62,140 nucleotides of DNA from an uncultured Hyphomicrobiales bacterium. Lineage in GTDB: Bacteria; Bacteroidota; Ignavibacteria; Kapaibacteriales; UBA2268. Shown one piece after another: positions 1-9,011 of this stretch. The first letter of the stretch is position 1. Each line of letters opens with the position of its first letter. Location of the stretch: assembly GCA_964454445.1 (NCBI GenBank), contig CAYVTD010000013.1, positions 1 through 62,140 of the forward strand, written 5' to 3'. The translations under genes and the position numbers were made by a program. Under the pieces are notes generated by a model, which did not search any database, was not told where the DNA came from, and worked only from the letters and a program-made list of their open reading frames with translations.

Positions 1-2307
1 ATTAACCACTTGCCTGTTCTCTCAAGATATGCAGCTCCCTTCTATTATAGTGGTGATAATCTTGAAACATGGGCTTTGGAATCTGGTTGGGACTTCCAAA
101 ACTGGGACGGGGCTAGCGGTTACATAACAGCTGCTGAAGCAGCAACCAATCCTCCTAATTTTGGAACAAAATACACTGCTTATGAAGAAGGAGTAACAGC
201 ACCAACTTGGAATAAAAACAACGCCGATTGGGGTTATACTTCACTGAATTACACACCAGGTCAAGACCAAACTGCTTTTGATGGCACTCTTCAAGCAAAT
301 TCACTTTCCGCAATGGTTGGTGGTGATGTCAATCAAGACGGTCAAATTAATGCCGCTGACAGAGCGCTCGTCAGAATCAACGGGTCGAGCTATTCAGTAG
401 AATATGACATTACCGGCGATGGATATGTTAATGGTACTGATAGAAATATTGTGGACTTCAACAATAACAAGATATCTGCTCTGCCAGATGGAGTGCTTTC
501 TATGATGGCTGCAAATAATCCTGGCGTTATTGTTCCGAAAATAAACAGAAATAATCCACTTGAGGCAGTTCTCGATGAAGCTCCAGATATGTCTGACCGT
601 TTCAACCAAGCCGCTATTAGATACTTGAACGAAGGTGGCAAATATACTCATAATTCATTCGAGGATTTGAAGAAAAATCAAGTGCTTGGTGCTATGCAAT
701 ACAAAGTTTTTGCCGAGCCATCATTGCAAGGTGAATATGTAGATGTGGACTTCTTCATCCAAAATGAAGGCGACGAGTTTGCACCCGGTAACTGTACATT
801 CGCAGTGAAATTTGATAGAAGCTCGCTTCAATTCCTTGAATTGGTACTAAAACAAAACGTAATGTTTAGCAACAGAGCGGATATGGGCTATGCAAAAGTA
901 TATTCAGCTCCGACACAAATGACACAAAAGCCTATCTCAAGCGTAAGAACAGTTGAGATTGACTATGATGCTTATACACTTTACAAAGGCGCTAATGTAC
1001 CTTATACCAAAACATATCTTGGAACTTTGAGATTTAAAGTTACAAATGAATCTGAGAAATATGATTTCTCGTGGTTCAAATCATCGGTCGTTCACAGGAC
1101 AGATGGGAAAAACGTAACCGGCGACGGCGAATTTGTGCCTATCCAACCTATTATTGTTCCAAAAGCAACTGCTTTGAGAATACCCAATGGCGGTGAAATA
1201 TGGCGCTCCAACGCACTATATACAATTGCCTGGACAGTTCCTTCCAAGCCAATTATGAGTTTCATTGAATACTCAATCGACGATGGAAAGACCTGGAACA
1301 GAATTAACGATCAACCTTATGATCTCCAAAAAAGAGATTACAATTGGAGAGTTCCTTCATTGCGTTCGACAGAATGTCTTGTTAGATTAGTCGATGCTGC
1401 TACCTTAACTGAAATCGATAGAAGCGACAATTGGTTTGCTATCGTTCCTTCGCCAGCAGAAATTACCAGACCTGCCACACAAGATCCAGTGTATTTTGGT
1501 GGAAACAAGGATATGATTCGCTGGGATGTTGCCGAATCACAGATGGTTCGCTTTGAATTCTCAGAAAACGGTGATGGTAATTGGATTGCAGTGAGTGCTC
1601 CTGTTAGCAGCGATGCAAAGGAAATAGCCTGGACAATCCCAGTTGTTAACAGTAAAACAGCACGTGTTAGAATGATTAATATTGAAACTAACAACGTGGT
1701 AGCCATATCTACACCATTTAGGGTTCTTGCTGGTCGTCTTGACTTGACAAGCCCAAGGGTTAATGATGTTTTGACAATTGGCAAAAAGACAAACGTATGC
1801 TGGACTCACAACAATGTAACTAAATTCGACTTACAGTTTAGTGCCGATGGTGGTGCAAGCTGGGATGGCATTGAAAATGGTATTATTGCTCTAAAAGCAT
1901 GCTACGACTGGACAGTACCTTCAGTGAAGACACAAAAAGGGCTTGTTCGTGCAATTTGGAACAATGACCCCGATATGGAATACGACCGTACCGAATCATT
2001 CACTATCGATGGCTTCTTGTCAGTAAACGATATGAATGGTGACGGATTTGCGTTCTTCCCGCCTGTGCCTAACCCATTCGACGACCATACTCAGATTATC
2101 TTCCGCTTACCCTTCGATGAGAGAGTAACAATTACGGTTTATAATGCCGCTGGTGTGAGAGTAGCTCAGCTTGCAAGCGAAAAACCATTCGCTGCAGGTT
2201 TGCACACTTTGACTTTCGATGGAAGCGGTTTGTCCGACGGAATGTATTTCGTACATTTCAATGCTGGCTTTGTTAATCTGACAAGAGCAGTTGTAAGGGT
2301 CAAATAG
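1..2307 (+). CDS. Secreted protein with dockerin-like Ca-binding repeats and a T9SS C-terminal sorting domain. 5' partial; reading frame open to the window edge.
   Basis: The frame is open from nucleotide 1 and the TTG at 10 is unlikely to be the true start. The dockerin-type repeats are GDVNQDGQINAADRALV and DITGDGYVNGTDRNIV. The C-terminal ~80 aa (PNPFDDHTQIIFRLP...VTITVYNAAGVRV...GLHTLTFDGSGLSDGMYFVHF...VVRVK) match the type-A Por_Secre_tail pattern. Confidence 0.75.
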   Translation: MNHLPVLSRYAAPFYYSGDNLETWALESGWDFQNWDGASGYITAAEAATNPPNFGTKYTAYEEGVTAPTWNKNNADWGYTSLNYTPGQDQTAFDGTLQANSLSAMVGGDVNQDGQINAADRALVRINGSSYSVEYDITGDGYVNGTDRNIVDFNNNKISALPDGVLSMMAANNPGVIVPKINRNNPLEAVLDEAPDMSDRFNQAAIRYLNEGGKYTHNSFEDLKKNQVLGAMQYKVFAEPSLQGEYVDVDFFIQNEGDEFAPGNCTFAVKFDRSSLQFLELVLKQNVMFSNRADMGYAKVYSAPTQMTQKPISSVRTVEIDYDAYTLYKGANVPYTKTYLGTLRFKVTNESEKYDFSWFKSSVVHRTDGKNVTGDGEFVPIQPIIVPKATALRIPNGGEIWRSNALYTIAWTVPSKPIMSFIEYSIDDGKTWNRINDQPYDLQKRDYNWRVPSLRSTECLVRLVDAATLTEIDRSDNWFAIVPSPAEITRPATQDPVYFGGNKDMIRWDVAESQMVRFEFSENGDGNWIAVSAPVSSDAKEIAWTIPVVNSKTARVRMINIETNNVVAISTPFRVLAGRLDLTSPRVNDVLTIGKKTNVCWTHNNVTKFDLQFSADGGASWDGIENGIIALKACYDWTVPSVKTQKGLVRAIWNNDPDMEYDRTESFTIDGFLSVNDMNGDGFAFFPPVPNPFDDHTQIIFRLPFDERVTITVYNAAGVRVAQLASEKPFAAGLHTLTFDGSGLSDGMYFVHFNAGFVNLTRAVVRVK

Positions 2308-2363
2308 CATTCATTATCAGTTTATCAAGCTTAACTTGGTAAATAGATAATAGCAAAGAATAA

Positions 2364-2392
2364 GACGGTTTCTTCGGAAACCGTCTTTTTTT
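2364..2392 (+). terminator. Rho-independent terminator
   Basis: Perfect 9-bp stem GACGGTTTC / GAAACCGTC with a TTCG tetraloop, followed by a T7 run. It lies 57 bp downstream of the stop at 2307. Confidence 0.65.
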
Positions 2393-2574
2393 ATGGGAAA
2401 AAAGGAAAATGATTTGAATCCACGAACAAATTTAGATAAATCGTGCTGTTTATGATACAGTTAAAAATATGAAAAAATGTCACATAATCAAAGATAATTG
2501 CCAATTTAAAAGTTCTCGATTAAATACCCACCTATAAGAAAAAGCGCAAAACAACAAAATGTAAAAATCTGCAG

Positions 2575-3123
2575 CTAAAACCCGAAAATATTCCTGATTC
2601 TTTTGCATAAATCGATTAATTCGGTTTCGAGATAAGTGCCTTTCACGCCTGGAATTATGTAATCTTCAGTTTCTCTGACATATCTCTTTGCAAAATCAGG
2701 TGGGAAGCTGTCAGTATGGGTGTCGGTCAAGTTTGAGATTCTGTCGGCAGCTTTTAGTAATTTGCTGTTTTCGCTTCCAGAGTCCAAAATTCGTTTAAGA
2801 AATATGTTTTTTTCTTCGTTGTCAGGTTTTGTAACTTCGAAAACAAGCTTAAGCACTTCTTCGCCATCTTCTAAATCATTAATTTCTTGTGGGTCGGTGT
2901 TAGGTAGTTCTTCGAAAAGATCGTGGATCAAGCTTGCTTTCAATAGAACTGGATCATAGACATATTTGTGGTCAATCAAAATAGCCAGGGTATCCATCTG
3001 ATGCCTAAACATATTCGAGCAGCCGCCTAAAGTCTTTCGTTTCAGTCTTATAAGGGCAGTTGCTTTTTGTATGTAGGGAGCAAGCCTCATTTCCATGAGG
3101 GCTTCCATTTGTGAGTTTACCAT
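2575..3123 (-). CDS. HD-domain phosphohydrolase (YfbR-like 5'-deoxynucleotidase family)
   Basis: H...H (FRHQMDTLAILIDH), an HD motif (SLIHDLFE) and a later acidic motif (KAADRISNLTD), consistent with the HD superfamily. Confidence 0.5.
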   Translation of the reverse strand: MVNSQMEALMEMRLAPYIQKATALIRLKRKTLGGCSNMFRHQMDTLAILIDHKYVYDPVLLKASLIHDLFEELPNTDPQEINDLEDGEEVLKLVFEVTKPDNEEKNIFLKRILDSGSENSKLLKAADRISNLTDTHTDSFPPDFAKRYVRETEDYIIPGVKGTYLETELIDLCKRIRNIFGF

Positions 3124-3534
3124 CGAGAAATCTCCAATTATTGAAAAAACCTAAAAAACTATTGAAGTAATTTCTATAAATTTATTATAAAATCATTCAA
3201 CAGCCTATATGCAAAAATACATTACTTTTAAGCAATTCATTTATTAAAATCAGTTCCGATGTAATCATTGAGTTGCTTGAAAAAATATTGCAAAATACAT
3301 ACCGTTTTTTAATTTTAATGTTATTTTAACAATGTCGATTTTATCTTCAAAACGAATAACTGAACAAGAATTATTAACTTTTTAAGCGAGTGCAAATAAA
3401 ATGTCAAATGAAATATATCAGCAACACTTTTATGAAAAGTGAAAATTTAATTACTAATCAAATTAATATACTTTTTAACCGTTTTAATACTTTTAAACTA
3501 AAAATAATTTTTTTAATTATTATCATAAAGAAAA

Positions 3535-3837
3535 ATGAAAAAAGAAGAAATTACTGCCTTGATTTATGGAATAATTGACGAAATAAATACAAAATTACCA
3601 AAAAAGAAACAATTAGCGAAACACCCTGAAGAGTCATTGTTTGGTCAAGAGGGCAAGCTCGATTCCCTTGGTTTGGTTAATATGATTGTTGCTGTTGAAG
3701 AACGTTTAGACGAGGAATTTGGATTAGCTATTACGATAGCCGATGAAAAAGCTATGTCTATGCATAACAGCCCTTTTCGGACAGTTGGATCTTTAATTGA
3801 TTATATCGTACAAATCTTAGAGGAAGTCAATGAATGA
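3535..3837 (+). CDS. Acyl carrier protein-like (phosphopantetheine attachment site)
   Basis: 100 aa with a GKLDSLGLVNMIVAVEE motif containing the DSL serine typical of ACP/PCP. Start has AAAGAAAAATG and the stop overlaps the next gene. Confidence 0.65.
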   Translation: MKKEEITALIYGIIDEINTKLPKKKQLAKHPEESLFGQEGKLDSLGLVNMIVAVEERLDEEFGLAITIADEKAMSMHNSPFRTVGSLIDYIVQILEEVNE

Positions 3838-4534
3838 CCAGCAGCAAGTGATGCTTATAACAGGAACTCGTAAAGGAATTGGTAAGTATCTGACAGATTA
3901 TTATCTCGAAAAAGGATATTTTGTGTATGGGTGCAGCCGAACAGAAGCAGGATTCCCAAATGAAAATTATAAACATTTCTCTTTAGATGTTGCAGATGAA
4001 AGCAAAGTTAAAGCCTTATTCTCCTTTATTCGGAAGAATCATGGTAAATTAGATGTTCTTGTCAATAATGCTGGCATTGCATCAATGAATCATTTTTTGC
4101 TTACTCCTTTGAAAACACTACACAAAATATACGAGACTAATGTTTTTGGCACTTTTCTTTTTTGCAGGGAAGCCGCGAAGTTAATGATAAAAGCCGGCAA
4201 GGGAAGAATAGTTAATTTTGCAACTGTTGCCACTCCCTTAAAACTCGAAGGTGAAGCCGCTTATGCCTCGTCAAAGGCGGCTATTGAGACGCTAACCCGT
4301 GTTCTAGCTCGTGAACTTGCTGACAATGGTATTACTGTTAATGCAATAGGTCCCACTCCCATCGAAACTGACCTTATTCGCTCCGTTCCCAAGGATAAAA
4401 TGGATGCACTAATACAGATGCAAGCTATTAAAAGATTGGGAATTTTCCGTGATGTCTCGAATGTTATAGATTTTTTCATCAAACCGGAGAGTGATTTTAT
4501 AACTAGTCAGATTATTTTTTTAGGCGGTGTCTGA
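3830..4534 (+). CDS. Short-chain dehydrogenase/reductase (3-oxoacyl-ACP reductase-like)
   Basis: N-terminal Rossmann motif TGTRKGIG, then NNAG, and the catalytic YASSK (YxxxK). Its ATG overlaps the ACP stop (ATGAATGA). Confidence 0.85.
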   Translation: MNDQQQVMLITGTRKGIGKYLTDYYLEKGYFVYGCSRTEAGFPNENYKHFSLDVADESKVKALFSFIRKNHGKLDVLVNNAGIASMNHFLLTPLKTLHKIYETNVFGTFLFCREAAKLMIKAGKGRIVNFATVATPLKLEGEAAYASSKAAIETLTRVLARELADNGITVNAIGPTPIETDLIRSVPKDKMDALIQMQAIKRLGIFRDVSNVIDFFIKPESDFITSQIIFLGGV

Positions 4535-5883
4535 TGAATATTGATTTTTTAATAAGCAGATTTGAATTAAACGAGGAAAAGATAGCTTTTATTTACCAGA
4601 ATGAGCAGTTTACATTCAAATGGCTGCTTGATAATATTAATAGGTGGAAGTCAATTATTAAAGCTGAGCAAATCAAAAAAGGGACAAATGTAGCCATTGA
4701 ATCAACTTATGCTCCTTATGCTATTGCCCTGTTGCTTGCTTTGATTCAATCAAATACTATTATTATTCCGTTTCCACCAACATTAAATACGAAACGAGAT
4801 GAATATTTTAAAATAGCAGAAGTAGAATGTGTTATTAAAATTGAGGAATCTCAAGATTTCCAGATTAAATTTGTTGATAGACTATCATTTAATCCTTTAT
4901 TTGAAGTATTAAAGAAAAAAGATACTTCTGGATTAATATTATTTTCATCTGGCTCAAGTGGGAACAGCAAAGCAATTTTACATGATTTAAATAAATTGCT
5001 ACAAAAATATAAAAAACCAGGAAAAGATCTATCGACTCTTGCCTTTATGTTATATGACCATATAGGCGGTATAGATACATTGTTTTATTCATTATCAAAT
5101 GCAAGTAAATTGGTACTTACAAATGGCCGGCAACCCAAAGATATTTGCCAGGCAGTTTTTGAAAACAAAATTGAAGTTTTGCCAGTTACTCCTACTTTCC
5201 TCAATTTACTTCTTATGAGTGAAGCTTATAAAGATTTTGATTTGTCTTCTTTGAAATACATCACTTATGGCACTGAGCCAATGCCGGAAATAACTTTGAA
5301 AAGAATTAATGAGATTTTTCCAGATGTGAGGTTATTGCAAAAATTTGGTACTACTGAAGTAGGGACACTTCGCTCAAAATCGAAAGAATCAACATCAACT
5401 TGGGTCAAAATCGGGGGCGAAGGCTATGAAACAAGAATAGTCGATGATTTGTTGCAGATCAAGGCGGATTCTGCTATGGTTGGTTATCTTAACGCTGAAA
5501 GTCCTTTTACTGATGATGGATGGTTTATCACCGGGGATCAGGTTGAAACAGATGGCGAGTTTTATAGAATTTTAGGCAGGAAATCTGAAATAATAAATGT
5601 TGGAGGCGAAAAAGTGTATCCAGCCGAAGTCGAGAATATTATTTTAGAAGTCGAAAACGTTGTCGATTGTAGAGTTTACGGTGAGCAAAGTTTGATTATG
5701 GGGAACATTGTTTGTGCTGATATTAGTTTATCTGATTTATCTTTAGAAAAATCAAGCATGAAAACTGCTATAAAGGATTATTGTTCGAAATATCTCGAAC
5801 CATATAAGGTGCCTGTAAAAATCAAGTTTACTCAAAAAGAACTGCATACTGAAAGATTTAAAAAGAAAAGAGCGAATAAATGA
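4534..5883 (+). CDS. Adenylate-forming enzyme (acyl-CoA / acyl-ACP synthetase family), short form
   Basis: AMP-binding P-loop-like FSSGSSGNSKAIL, YGTEP, and a GDQVETDGEFYRILGRKSEIINVGGEKVYPAEVE C-terminal motif. Its start overlaps the SDR stop by 1 nt (TGATG). Confidence 0.8.
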   Translation: MNIDFLISRFELNEEKIAFIYQNEQFTFKWLLDNINRWKSIIKAEQIKKGTNVAIESTYAPYAIALLLALIQSNTIIIPFPPTLNTKRDEYFKIAEVECVIKIEESQDFQIKFVDRLSFNPLFEVLKKKDTSGLILFSSGSSGNSKAILHDLNKLLQKYKKPGKDLSTLAFMLYDHIGGIDTLFYSLSNASKLVLTNGRQPKDICQAVFENKIEVLPVTPTFLNLLLMSEAYKDFDLSSLKYITYGTEPMPEITLKRINEIFPDVRLLQKFGTTEVGTLRSKSKESTSTWVKIGGEGYETRIVDDLLQIKADSAMVGYLNAESPFTDDGWFITGDQVETDGEFYRILGRKSEIINVGGEKVYPAEVENIILEVENVVDCRVYGEQSLIMGNIVCADISLSDLSLEKSSMKTAIKDYCSKYLEPYKVPVKIKFTQKELHTERFKKKRANK

Positions 5884-6767
5884 TAAAAAGTTATGTAAAA
5901 AAAGTTTTACCTGAAACTTTAAAAAACAGAATTATTCAGTATAAAAGCGAAGTTTTAAAAAAACAAGTTTTGACTTTACCATTAATAAATGAAAAAGATT
6001 TTGAGTGTATAATTATCAATTCATTAGGGATAAAATCTGGAGATATCGTATTCGTTCACAGTTCAGTCGATAAGATGAATCTTGGCTTTCCTTTCTATAA
6101 CATCATTAATGTCTTACAAAACATAATCGGGGAAAATGGAACTTTGGTCTTTCCAACTTATAATAATATACCATCTTATGAGTTTTTAAAAAGTGGAAGT
6201 GTTTTTAATATAAAAAAGACGCCGGGCTTTACTGGTGTTTTAAATGAGTTTGCAAGAAGAAAGAAAGGAGCTATAAGGAGCTTGCATCCAACAAAATCTG
6301 TTGTTGCAATTGGAAAACTTGCGGAAGAACTTACAAAGGATCATCATTTATCCCCTTATTCTTATGATATGTGCAGTCCATATTACAAAATTGTAACTAA
6401 TAATGCAAAGGTTATTGGAATTGGGGTTAAGACTACTTATTTATCAATGGTACATGCAGTTGACGATTATATGAAAGCCGATTTTCCTGTTAATCCATAT
6501 CATCTTGAACTATTTCATTCGAGATGTATTGATTATAACAATAATGAGGTGATAGTTGATGCTTATGCCCATGATATGAAAAAAATGAATTTTTCTTTGC
6601 CGGATTATATCCATGAGAACATTCCGGATAATATTTGTAAAGATGTGCAAGAACTTAAAACGGATTTTTTTATTGCAGACGCTAAATTGTTGTTTGACAA
6701 GATGCTTGAATTAGCAAAAAATGGTATTACTATATATTCAAAAAAATTCTACAAACCAGGATATTAA
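5880..6767 (+). CDS. AAC(3)-family N-acetyltransferase-like protein (Antibiotic_NAT fold)
   Basis: LGIKSGDIVFVHSSVDKMNLGF...GENGTLVFPTYN, FTGVLNEFARRK and SMVHAVDD follow the conserved layout of aminoglycoside 3-N-acetyltransferases. ATGA overlap with the upstream ligase gene. Confidence 0.7.
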   Translation: MIKSYVKKVLPETLKNRIIQYKSEVLKKQVLTLPLINEKDFECIIINSLGIKSGDIVFVHSSVDKMNLGFPFYNIINVLQNIIGENGTLVFPTYNNIPSYEFLKSGSVFNIKKTPGFTGVLNEFARRKKGAIRSLHPTKSVVAIGKLAEELTKDHHLSPYSYDMCSPYYKIVTNNAKVIGIGVKTTYLSMVHAVDDYMKADFPVNPYHLELFHSRCIDYNNNEVIVDAYAHDMKKMNFSLPDYIHENIPDNICKDVQELKTDFFIADAKLLFDKMLELAKNGITIYSKKFYKPGY

Positions 6768-6770
6768 CTT

Positions 6771-7931
6771 ATGAAGCTTGGATTAGCGATTACTAACGAT
6801 TGGGAGCTTTTTGGAGACGGATCGGGCGATTTTTTTGAGATACAGCACGAGCCAATGCGCGAGATGCTCAAATTGTTTAAGGAGCATCAGAGAAAATTTA
6901 CGATTATGGCAGAAGTCGGGCAGCAGTTTGCCCACCGCGAGCTTGGACGTAAAGAAAAATGGGCGAGAGACATAGTCTATGCTTGGGAGAACTTGTTGCG
7001 CGATACCATAAGGCAGCGCTCAGATGTGCAACTTCATTTCCATCCGCAATGGTTAAAATGTAGTTTCAACGAGGGCAAATGGCAACTGAACATGGATTAT
7101 TACAAGCTTGAATCTCTCGATGAAATAACTATGAGGAAGGCTTTACTCAAGGGAAAAAGATACCTCGAGAGTTTGCTCAGACCTGTCTATAATAAATACA
7201 AATGTGTTGTGTTTCGTGCAGGTGGCTTTTGCATACAGCCATCTGAAATTCCTCTTAATTTATTGAAGCAAATTGGCATTGCTGCCGACACTTCGGTTGT
7301 GCCTGGTGCATATAGCAAAGATTTCTACGATTTCCGGAAGTCGTTTTCGAATGTTATGCCTTGGAACGCCGATTATAAAGAAGTAACCCACCCAAGTGGG
7401 GACAACAAAGCAGTGCTTGAATTGCCAATTTATACAAAGAAGGTCATAGATTCACAGATATTAAAGAAATTTACCCCTGATTTATATTATAAGTCGAAAT
7501 TTGATATTGCCCCTCCTGCCGAGGAAATGGAATGGCAAAAAGAAAAAAGACGAATAAGAGACGAACGTTATCCTGTGGCGCAGCGATATTATAAAAAGAA
7601 CGAAAAGAAAAACTTTAGCTGGTTGAAAAATGCCATTCTTGCCGAAAGATACATTCCATTAAATTACGACGATCTGCCTGCTTCGCTTTTTGTGAGTATC
7701 CTCGAAGAAATCTTCGATGATCCAGCGCTAGCCCGCTTCAAGGATATGGATATAAGCTTTCCAGTTATTGCCATTGGACACATCAAGGATATCCACAACG
7801 TCGATAATTTACGATGGATTATTGAAAAAATTGAGCAGAAATTTGACGACAAAGTAGAGTTCTGGTCTCTTCGCGATTTGGTCTTTTATTGGCGCAAGCA
7901 AATGCGCGATTTGCAAGACGATTGGGAATAA
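6771..7931 (+). CDS. Hypothetical protein, last gene of the ACP cassette (possibly a deacetylase/hydrolase-like fold; not recognised)
   Basis: Long ORF in the same tightly packed operon. No motif I can assign with confidence (DWE and HFHPQW are possible metal-binding motifs). Confidence 0.45.
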   Translation: MKLGLAITNDWELFGDGSGDFFEIQHEPMREMLKLFKEHQRKFTIMAEVGQQFAHRELGRKEKWARDIVYAWENLLRDTIRQRSDVQLHFHPQWLKCSFNEGKWQLNMDYYKLESLDEITMRKALLKGKRYLESLLRPVYNKYKCVVFRAGGFCIQPSEIPLNLLKQIGIAADTSVVPGAYSKDFYDFRKSFSNVMPWNADYKEVTHPSGDNKAVLELPIYTKKVIDSQILKKFTPDLYYKSKFDIAPPAEEMEWQKEKRRIRDERYPVAQRYYKKNEKKNFSWLKNAILAERYIPLNYDDLPASLFVSILEEIFDDPALARFKDMDISFPVIAIGHIKDIHNVDNLRWIIEKIEQKFDDKVEFWSLRDLVFYWRKQMRDLQDDWE

Positions 7932-8172
7932 ACTGCCGGGCTTTGCAATTAGTCGTTTCCAAGCAAAACAGGTGTCCATAAAAAAAAATAGTAATGCTAA
8001 AGCAATTGTGCCACCATTGCCACTGGTGGGCATTAGTATTTATGGTAAGTCGTAAATTTCATATAAACTTCTATAAAATTATTGACAATCTTCATTCCTT
8101 ATTTTAAAAGTTTTAGATTAAAATGCCGAAAAGCCTTATTTTTGCTTAAGAGTAATAGATATAAAGTGATAA

Positions 8173-8928
8173 ATGCAAATATTAGTATTAAAAATACAAT
8201 ATGATGGAACGGATTATGCAGGCTGGCAGATACAAAGCAATGCAAATACAGTGCAGCAAGAAATCGAAAAAGCATTAAAGAAAATATGTTCCTACGATTT
8301 GCGAATTACTGCCGCGGGCAGGACTGACGCTGGTGTGCATGCACGTTGTATGGTGGCTCATTCCAATTTGGGCAGAGGTTTTCCGGTGAAAAAAGAAAAG
8401 GTACATATTGCTATAAATTCATATTTACCACCAGATATTAGGATTTTGCAGGCAAACATTGTCGATTTCGCGTTTCATTCGCGTTTTGATGCCATAGCCC
8501 GCGAATATTCATATAGTATTTATAAAAAAGATGATGTTTTTTTAAGGAGATTAGCTTGGCAAGTGAAATATCCATTTAGCCCGGCACGATTAAACGAAGC
8601 AGCTGCGGTTTTCATTGGAAAGAATGATTTTACCACTTTTTCAAAACAAAATGATGATACACTGAGCTATGTTTGCAATGTTGAGCGTTGCGATTGGCAA
8701 AAAGAGGCGGGAATTTGGAGATTACACATCAAGGCAGATCGTTTTGTTTATGGCATGGTGCGTTCTCTTGTGGGGGCTATGATCGAATCTGCCAGAGGCA
8801 AACTATCGGCAAGAGATTTGCGGCAGTTTCTTGTTAAAAAGGATAGAAATCTTGCTCCAGCTCTTGCGCCAGCGAGGGGACTTATCTTTGAACAGGCTTA
8901 TTATCCAGAGGATTTAAAAATTTTTTAA
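8173..8928 (+). CDS. truA: tRNA pseudouridine(38-40) synthase TruA
   Basis: Conserved N-terminus YDGTDYAGWQIQ, and AAGRTDAGVHA with the catalytic Asp. Confidence 0.9.
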   Translation: MQILVLKIQYDGTDYAGWQIQSNANTVQQEIEKALKKICSYDLRITAAGRTDAGVHARCMVAHSNLGRGFPVKKEKVHIAINSYLPPDIRILQANIVDFAFHSRFDAIAREYSYSIYKKDDVFLRRLAWQVKYPFSPARLNEAAAVFIGKNDFTTFSKQNDDTLSYVCNVERCDWQKEAGIWRLHIKADRFVYGMVRSLVGAMIESARGKLSARDLRQFLVKKDRNLAPALAPARGLIFEQAYYPEDLKIF

Positions 8929-9011
8929 AAAATATAATAAAGATAAGAAAAAAATCATTTTTTTGGGTAGTATTATGTTAGATTATTTGTTAAGTTGTAG
9001 ATAATGTAACT

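Noticed and set aside
3390-3578. 62-codon ORF in the 410-bp AT-rich region upstream of the ACP gene
   Set aside because: Ile/Asn/Lys-rich translation, typical of AT-rich non-coding DNA. It overlaps the ACP start. Treated as promoter region.
8005-8035. Hairpin TGCCACCA / TGGTGG(G)CA downstream of the 386-aa gene as a terminator
   Set aside because: The stem has a bulge and the following T-run is weak (TTAGTATTTATGG). It could be a terminator for the ACP cassette, but the evidence is marginal, so it is not listed as a feature.
8083-8115. TTGACA hexamer upstream of truA as a sigma-70 -35 box
   Set aside because: No convincing -10 hexamer at 16-18 bp spacing (only TATTTT/TTTAAA-like AT-rich sequence). 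Promoter calls in such AT-rich DNA are unreliable by eye.
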